A stretch of 64,000 nucleotides of DNA from Syntrophales bacterium (lineage in GTDB: Bacteria; Desulfobacterota; Syntrophia; Syntrophales; UBA2251), in NCBI GenBank assembly GCA_035358035.1, contig DAOPOS010000011.1, forward strand, positions 1,477 to 65,476, read 5' to 3'. The translations under genes and the position numbers were made by a program. Under the pieces are notes generated by a model. The model was not told the origin of the DNA, did not search any database, and saw only the letters and a program-made list of their open reading frames with translations. Within the stretch, counting starts at the first letter, position 1, and each line of letters opens with the position of its first letter. Below are positions 59,848 through 64,000 of this stretch, piece after piece.

Positions 59848-60990
59848 ATGGATTTCGCACTGACGGAAGAACAACGGTCTATCAGGGATACCATCCGGAA
59901 GTTTGTGGCGAAGGAGTGCGAGCGCGAGGCCATCAAGCGGCTGGACGAGGAGGGGGCCTTCCCCGCGGAACTCTTCCGCAAGGTGGCGGACATCGGCCTT
60001 TGCGCCCTGACGATCCCCGAGGTCGACGGGGGCGCCGGTCCCAACGCGCTCGGTGCGGTGATCGTGACCGCCGAACTCGCGTCGATCCACCCGCCCCTGG
60101 CGGGAACCTTCGCCACTCAAAGTCTCTGCGGCGGAAAGGCGCTGGCCGACCTGGGGACGGAGGCGCAGCGGGAGCGCCATCTTCCAGGCGTCATCGACGG
60201 GTCGTCGCTCGTGACCCTCGCGCTGCTCGAGCCCGATCAGGGCTATGACCAGAGCGTCAGCCGGACGACGGCCCGGCGGGAAGGGGAGCGTGTGGTCCTG
60301 AACGGGACGAAGACGTTCGTGCGTCTGGCCGACCGGGCGGCCCTGATCCTCGTCCGGGCGTCCCTGGAGGACGCTGACGGGACCCCCGCCTTCTTCATCG
60401 TCGCCGCGGAAACCCCCGGAATCGGGATCCGCGCGCTAGAGACGGTCGGATTTCACGGGATGAGCCTGTGCGAGGTGGGACTGGACGCCGTCGCCGTTGG
60501 CGCGGAAGATAGGCTGGGGGGAGACGCCGATGCCCCGGCGGAGCGCAGGAAACTCGACCGGGTCATGGGCGCCGAGCATCTGGCCGTGGCGGCCTGCGGC
60601 ATGGGCATCGCCCGGGGCGCCTACGCGTACGCGCTCCAGTATGCCCGGGAGCGCGTGCAGTTCGGCCGGCCGATCATCCAGTTCGGAGCGATCCGGGAGA
60701 TGCTGGTGGAGATGGCACTGCAGGCGCGGGTGGCCGAACTGCTCACCTGCCAGGCGGCATCGCTCGTCGACCGGGGGCAGGAATGCCTGCCGGAGATCAT
60801 CCAGGCGCGCCTTGCCGCGGCGGAGGCGGCGCGCAAGACGTCCCTGCACGGCGTCCAGATTTTCGGCGGCTACGGTTACGCCATGGAATACGACGCCCAG
60901 CGCTATCTCCGGGATGCCATGGTCCTGCTCAGCGGCGGGGGCACCCGTCAGGTGCTGGGCCAGGCGCTGGGAGTGCTCTGGGGATATTGA
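59848..60990 (+). CDS. acyl-CoA dehydrogenase
   Basis: MDFALTEEQRSIRDTIRKF and YAQRYLRDAMV-type C-terminus. Confidence 0.85.
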   Translation: MDFALTEEQRSIRDTIRKFVAKECEREAIKRLDEEGAFPAELFRKVADIGLCALTIPEVDGGAGPNALGAVIVTAELASIHPPLAGTFATQSLCGGKALADLGTEAQRERHLPGVIDGSSLVTLALLEPDQGYDQSVSRTTARREGERVVLNGTKTFVRLADRAALILVRASLEDADGTPAFFIVAAETPGIGIRALETVGFHGMSLCEVGLDAVAVGAEDRLGGDADAPAERRKLDRVMGAEHLAVAACGMGIARGAYAYALQYARERVQFGRPIIQFGAIREMLVEMALQARVAELLTCQAASLVDRGQECLPEIIQARLAAAEAARKTSLHGVQIFGGYGYAMEYDAQRYLRDAMVLLSGGGTRQVLGQALGVLWGY

Positions 60991-61102
60991 AGCGGCGGAT
61001 CCGGCAAAAGGTGAAGCCGCGGAAGGGATCGGACAGGGGGGGAAAGCGCCTGAACTTTCCTCGGTGACACACACGGTGCTTTTTAAAAAAAGGAGGTGGC
61101 AT

Positions 61103-62296
61103 ATGAGGAGGGGCTTGTTTTGGATTTTGTTGATCATCATCGGTTTATCGTTGCCGGCGACCGTCCTGGCGGCCGGCACCCCCGGCGTGACGAAGGACGA
61201 GGTCACCATCGGCATGACCTGTCCCATGTCCGGGCCGGCGGCGCTGTGGAGCGCCATGGCGCTCGGAAATTCCGCCTGGGCGAAGCACATCAACGACCAG
61301 GGGGGGATTCACGGCCGCAAGATCAAGTTCGTGGTCAAGGACGACGGCTACAACCCGAGCCGGGCCCTGGCCAACCTGACGGAGATGAAGGACGACGTGC
61401 TCGCGTTCGGTTGCGTGATCGGTTCGGCGACGGCCAATGCGAGCAAGGATTTCCTCATCACGAGCAAGGTGCCGGTCGTCCACGTTCATGCCAATCCCCG
61501 CATCTGGCTGCAGACGCCGGCCGCGCAGCGGAGGAACATCTTTATCGCCTACCCGGACTACATCGACGAGTCCGAGGCGGTCACCAAATTTGCCGTCACC
61601 AAGATGGGAATCAAGACGATCGCGCTGTTCGGCCAGAACGACGACTGGGGAAAGTCGGCTGAAATCGGCATTCAGAAGGCGATCAAGGGGCTCGGCGGCA
61701 AGGGGAAGTTCGCCGGCTTCGTCACGTTCGAGGTGACGGACCGGGCCGTGGGCGGGCACGCCCTGAAGCTCAAGGAACTGGGCGCGGATGCCGTGGTCAT
61801 CTACGGGGCGCCGACGCAGGCGGCGCTGATCATCAAGGAGATGGCGAAGATCGGCTACAAGCCCAAGATTTTCACCGCCAATCCCCTGGGCGATCCCCTG
61901 ATGTACAAGATTGCCGGAGAGCTGTGGGAGGGCGCCTACCCCGCCGTCTCGGGCAACGTGTCCCTGCCGGGCGTCGATCCGCAGGCGGACCGGGTCGTCG
62001 ACATCCTCCTCAAATACGAGCCGGCGCTGAAGGGGCGGGAGTTCCTCGGCGTGACCGGCGCCACGACGATGATGCTGATCGCCGAAGGGCTGCGGAAGGC
62101 TGGGAAGAATCTGACGCGCGAGAGCTTCGTGAAGGCCATGGAGGGCATCAGGAATTTCAGGTGCGAGGGAATGGGCGCCCCCATCACCTTCTCAGCCAAG
62201 CAGAAAATGGGGCTGAACGCCATCCGGATCTGCGAGGCAAAGGGCGGCAAGCACGTGCCGATCAGCGATTTCATGATTTTCAAGCCCCTGTTTTAA
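61103..62296 (+). CDS. periplasmic substrate-binding protein (Leu/Ile/Val-binding family fold), second copy
   Basis: ATG 61103 after AGGAGGTGG. Signal peptide MRRGLFWILLIIIGLSLPATVLA, then GVTKDEVTIGM. Confidence 0.8.
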   Translation: MRRGLFWILLIIIGLSLPATVLAAGTPGVTKDEVTIGMTCPMSGPAALWSAMALGNSAWAKHINDQGGIHGRKIKFVVKDDGYNPSRALANLTEMKDDVLAFGCVIGSATANASKDFLITSKVPVVHVHANPRIWLQTPAAQRRNIFIAYPDYIDESEAVTKFAVTKMGIKTIALFGQNDDWGKSAEIGIQKAIKGLGGKGKFAGFVTFEVTDRAVGGHALKLKELGADAVVIYGAPTQAALIIKEMAKIGYKPKIFTANPLGDPLMYKIAGELWEGAYPAVSGNVSLPGVDPQADRVVDILLKYEPALKGREFLGVTGATTMMLIAEGLRKAGKNLTRESFVKAMEGIRNFRCEGMGAPITFSAKQKMGLNAIRICEAKGGKHVPISDFMIFKPLF

Positions 62297-62302
62297 GGTT
62301 CT

Positions 62303-63067
62303 TTGAAGACGATGAGCCTATTGAAGGTCCACAACCTGACCGTGCAGTTCGGCGGCATCAAGGCCCTGTCGGCCATCGATTTCGAAATGGAGGAGAAGGA
62401 AATCCTTTCGATCATCGGTCCGAACGGGGCGGGGAAGACCACCCTCTTCAACTGCGTGTCCGGCGTTTATCGTCCCACCGTGGGAGAGGTTCTGTTTGCC
62501 GGGGAGAGCCTGCTCGGGCTCTCCCCCGACAGAATCGCCCAGCGGGGCATCGGCCGGACCTTTCAGAACATCCGCTTGTTCAACAACATGTCGGTGCTCG
62601 ACAACCTGATGCTGGGCCGGCACATGAAGTTCCGGCGAAGCCTCGTCCACGCCTTTCTGCGCATCCGGAAGGAGGAGTTGATCCATCGAGAGAAGGTGGA
62701 GGAGATCATCGATTTTCTCGATCTCGCGGCCTACCGGGAATCCCGGGTCATCGACTGCCCCTACGGGGTGCAGAAGCGCGTGGAACTGGGCCGCGCCATG
62801 GTGATGGAGCCGAAGCTCCTGCTCCTGGACGAACCGGTCGCGGGATTGACGGTGGAGGAAAAAAACCGCGTGGCGTACCTGGTGACGGAGATGCGGGGCA
62901 GGTTCGGTTTTGCCGTCCTGCTCATCGAGCATGACCTGCGGATCGTGTCGCGGCTGGCCGACCGCATGGTGGTCTTGAACTTCGGAGAGAAATTGGCGGA
63001 GGGTCCTCCTGCGGAGGTGCAGAGAAACCCCGAGGTGATTCGCGCCTACGTCGGTGAAACCTCATGA
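62303..63067 (+). CDS. liv-type ABC ATP-binding protein (LivG-like), second copy
   Basis: GPNGAGKTT, YGVQKRVELGRAM and LLLLDEP motifs. Confidence 0.85.
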   Translation: MKTMSLLKVHNLTVQFGGIKALSAIDFEMEEKEILSIIGPNGAGKTTLFNCVSGVYRPTVGEVLFAGESLLGLSPDRIAQRGIGRTFQNIRLFNNMSVLDNLMLGRHMKFRRSLVHAFLRIRKEELIHREKVEEIIDFLDLAAYRESRVIDCPYGVQKRVELGRAMVMEPKLLLLDEPVAGLTVEEKNRVAYLVTEMRGRFGFAVLLIEHDLRIVSRLADRMVVLNFGEKLAEGPPAEVQRNPEVIRAYVGETS

Positions 63068-63837
63068 GCTTTCTCAGCGTCGCGAGCATCGAAACCCTCT
63101 ATTTCGACCGGATCTACGCCCTGCGGGGGATCTCCCTGACGGTAAGGGAAAACGAAATCTTCACCGTGCTCGGTCCGAACGGGGCGGGGAAGACCACGCT
63201 CCTGAAGACGATTGCGGGCCTGCTGAAGGACCAGCCCAAGAAGGGGACCATCGAGTTCCGCGGCAGGCGGATCAGTGGTCTTACGCCTGAAAAGATCGCC
63301 TCCCTGGGCATCGTCTACGTGCCGGAGGACCGCGGTCTTTTCCGGGAGCTGACGGTCGCGGAAAATCTCGATCTCGGCTGCTGGGGGCGCCGGGACCGGG
63401 ACGTGAAGAACGATCTGGATTTCATCTACGACCTCTTCCCCATCCTGAAGGAACGGGGCGGGCAGCAGGCGGAAACGCTTTCCGGCGGCGAGCAGCAGAT
63501 GCTGGCCATCGCCCGGGCCATCCTCCGCCGGCCGAAACTCCTCATGCTCGACGAACCCTCCCTGGGGCTGTCCCCCATCATGGCCCGCAGCGTGTACGAC
63601 ACCCTGCGCAAGGTCAGCGAGCGCGACATGACGATCCTCCTGGTCGAACAGAACGCCCGGATGGCCCTGGACATCGCCGACTACGGCTACATCATGGAGG
63701 CGGGTCGCATCGTGCTGAAGGGGACCTCGCGGGAACTGAAGGAGAACGACGACGTCAAGGAGCTGTATCTGGGCCTGGAGCAGGGGGACGCTTCCGAGAA
63801 GGGGTGGAAATTCTACACGAAGCGGAGGAGATGGTGA
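63064..63837 (+). CDS. liv-type ABC ATP-binding protein (LivF-like) with basic C-terminal tail, second copy
   Basis: GPNGAGKTT and LSGGEQQML motifs. Tail: GLEQGDASEKGWKFYTKRRRW. ATGA overlaps on both sides. Confidence 0.85.
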   Translation: MSFLSVASIETLYFDRIYALRGISLTVRENEIFTVLGPNGAGKTTLLKTIAGLLKDQPKKGTIEFRGRRISGLTPEKIASLGIVYVPEDRGLFRELTVAENLDLGCWGRRDRDVKNDLDFIYDLFPILKERGGQQAETLSGGEQQMLAIARAILRRPKLLMLDEPSLGLSPIMARSVYDTLRKVSERDMTILLVEQNARMALDIADYGYIMEAGRIVLKGTSRELKENDDVKELYLGLEQGDASEKGWKFYTKRRRW

Positions 63838-64000
63838 TGCCGTTGAACGCGAGGGCCGTTCCCCACGCCTTTTTTGAACAGGCGGACAAGCACCGCGCGC
63901 GCGTGGCGCTCCGGCACAAGCAGTACGGAATCTGGAACAAGGTCACCTGGGGCCGGTACGGGGAAACGGTCCGGCAAGTGGCCGCCGCCATCCTGTCGCT
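63837..64000 (+). CDS. acyl-CoA ligase, 5' fragment (runs off the window)
   Basis: MPLNARAVPHAFFEQADKHRARVALRHKQYGIWNKVTWGRYGE parallels the N-terminus of the 41079 ligase (KYKGIWQEISWNAY). Not in the ORF track. Confidence 0.6.
   Translation, partial: MPLNARAVPHAFFEQADKHRARVALRHKQYGIWNKVTWGRYGETVRQVAAAILS

Overview
High-GC bacterial chromosomal window, probably from an anaerobe of the Desulfobacterota/syntroph type. That guess rests on gene content only: an NrpR regulator, an archaeal-type ADP-forming acyl-CoA synthetase beta subunit, hypAB, and sigma-54 control. About 55 genes are called by motifs read by eye; no searches were run.

Left to right:
- An edge-truncated exported beta-helix membrane protein that is missing from the ORF track.
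- hypA-hypB, glycerate 2-kinase and a secernin-like C69 Ntn hydrolase.
- A minus-strand HlyD / RbbA-like fused ABC / ABC-2 permease operon.
- A Y-family DNA polymerase, divergent from pgpA-cinA-thpR-recA-recX-alaS. A GAAC-N4-GTTC palindrome sits between back-to-back TTGACA boxes.
- A lipoprotein, a small membrane protein and a PreP-like M16C protease.
- nrpR-gdh, tRNA-Glu(UUC), a Ski2-like helicase and an MFS transporter.
- An orphan ACD-beta gene with a TPR membrane protein, an acyl-CoA ligase and a prpE-like ligase.
- From about 35.4 kb to the right edge, a large catabolic island. It contains a STAS-like gene, a 1040-aa TPR-GAF-AAA+ sigma-54 activator and two sigma-54 promoters (39257 and 46475). 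Each promoter has the same inverted repeat (GCRCAACAT..GGAAAC..ATGTTGYGC) about 75 nt upstream.
- The island also carries two liv-type ABC uptake systems with embedded acyl-CoA ligases, a pim-like beta-oxidation block, a Cys-poor AbfD/HpaB-family protein, an HMG-CoA-synthase-like/DUF35 fusion with an SCP-x thiolase, and a cysteine-less thiolase-like protein with DUF35 and a MaoC hydratase (Ltp2/ChsH-like aldolase architecture).

No CRISPR arrays, transposases, integrases or rRNA were seen. Many long ORFs in the track are antisense or out-of-frame artefacts of the high GC content.
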